Below are positions 60,370-64,000 of a stretch of 64,000 nt of DNA, piece after piece. Location of the stretch: assembly GCA_963724765.1 (NCBI GenBank), contig CAVRVY010000001.1:736001-800000 (forward strand). The letters are read 5' to 3'. The number at the start of each line of letters is the position of its first letter. Position 1 is the first letter of the stretch. The stretch comes from an uncultured delta proteobacterium (lineage in GTDB: Bacteria; Desulfobacterota; Binatia; Binatales; Binataceae). A program made the position numbers and the translations under genes. The notes under the pieces are model-generated. The model did not search any database and was not told the DNA's origin. It saw nothing but the letters and a program-made list of their open reading frames with translations.

Positions 60370-60759
60370 ATGTCAGAAGCAGCACAAGTAAACCGCGACC
60401 AGGTCAAGGACTTTTTGAAGAACATGAGCCTGATGGAAGCGGCGGCCCTGGTAAAGGAGCTCGAACAGGAGCTCGGCGTGTCGGCGGCGGCTCCGGTGGC
60501 GGTTGCGGCGGCGGGTCCGGCGGCAGCGGCAGCGCCAGCGGTGGAGAAGGACGAATTCACGGTGATGCTGACCGGGTCGGGCGAAAAGAAGATCCAGGTG
60601 ATCAAAGTCGTGCGCGAGCTCACCGGCCTTGGCCTCAAAGAAGCCAAGGACCTGGTTGACGGCGCTCCCAAGGCGGTTAAGGAAGGGGTCACCAAGGCCG
60701 AAGCGGAAGAGGTGCAGAAGAAGCTGGTGGAGGCGGGCGCCACGGTGGAGCTGAAGTAG
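60370..60759 (+). CDS. rplL: 50S ribosomal protein L7/L12
   Basis: [32 protein letters not shown]. Confidence 0.98.
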   Translation: MSEAAQVNRDQVKDFLKNMSLMEAAALVKELEQELGVSAAAPVAVAAAGPAAAAAPAVEKDEFTVMLTGSGEKKIQVIKVVRELTGLGLKEAKDLVDGAPKAVKEGVTKAEAEEVQKKLVEAGATVELK

Positions 60760-60942
60760 GTCCACGTATTCAGTGCAATTTGAATTTTGCGCAATTGAGC
60801 TGGCGGCAGCGGCAGGTGGCCGCGCCGAACGGCTCGGTTTCGCTCTGATAGAAGGCACGGGGCGCGGCTTACGAACAGCCGCGTCTGGCGCCTGTTCGAC
60901 GTTCCCCATGGCGCGCGCGGTCCGGCGCCAAGCGAGGTAGTG

Positions 60943-64000
<3,058 letters not shown>

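Overview
A GC-rich, diderm bacterial chromosome segment. Gene content (lptFG, DUF507, DUF4911, F420/LLM enzymes) suggests a Deltaproteobacteria-like soil lineage such as Ca. Binatota; this is inference only. Most of it is core genome: tatBC, ptsP, cyaY, CIRCE-groESL, an addBA-like helicase-nuclease, aroF, a peptidoglycan-recycling cluster with an embedded Cu-ATPase, lptFG, rlmB, and the tRNA(Thr-Tyr-Gly-Thr)-rpmG-tRNA(Trp)-secE-nusG-rplKAJL-rpoB cluster, which lacks tuf. Accessory parts are a small hypothetical/hicBA islet and a lower-GC island (~18.5-24.4 kb). The island holds one large fragmented NACHT/STAND NTPase gene with a C-terminal PD-(D/E)XK nuclease, interrupted by an IS5-family element at a CTAG site; it is the best candidate for an undescribed defence system. 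Also notable: a BagAB-like Get3/ArsA pair next to a phasin-like protein, two copies of a MITE-like repeat sharing the IS5 terminus, and many short degenerate tandem repeats in intergenic regions. No CRISPR array, rRNA or integrase was seen. All calls come from reading motifs by eye; no database searches were run.
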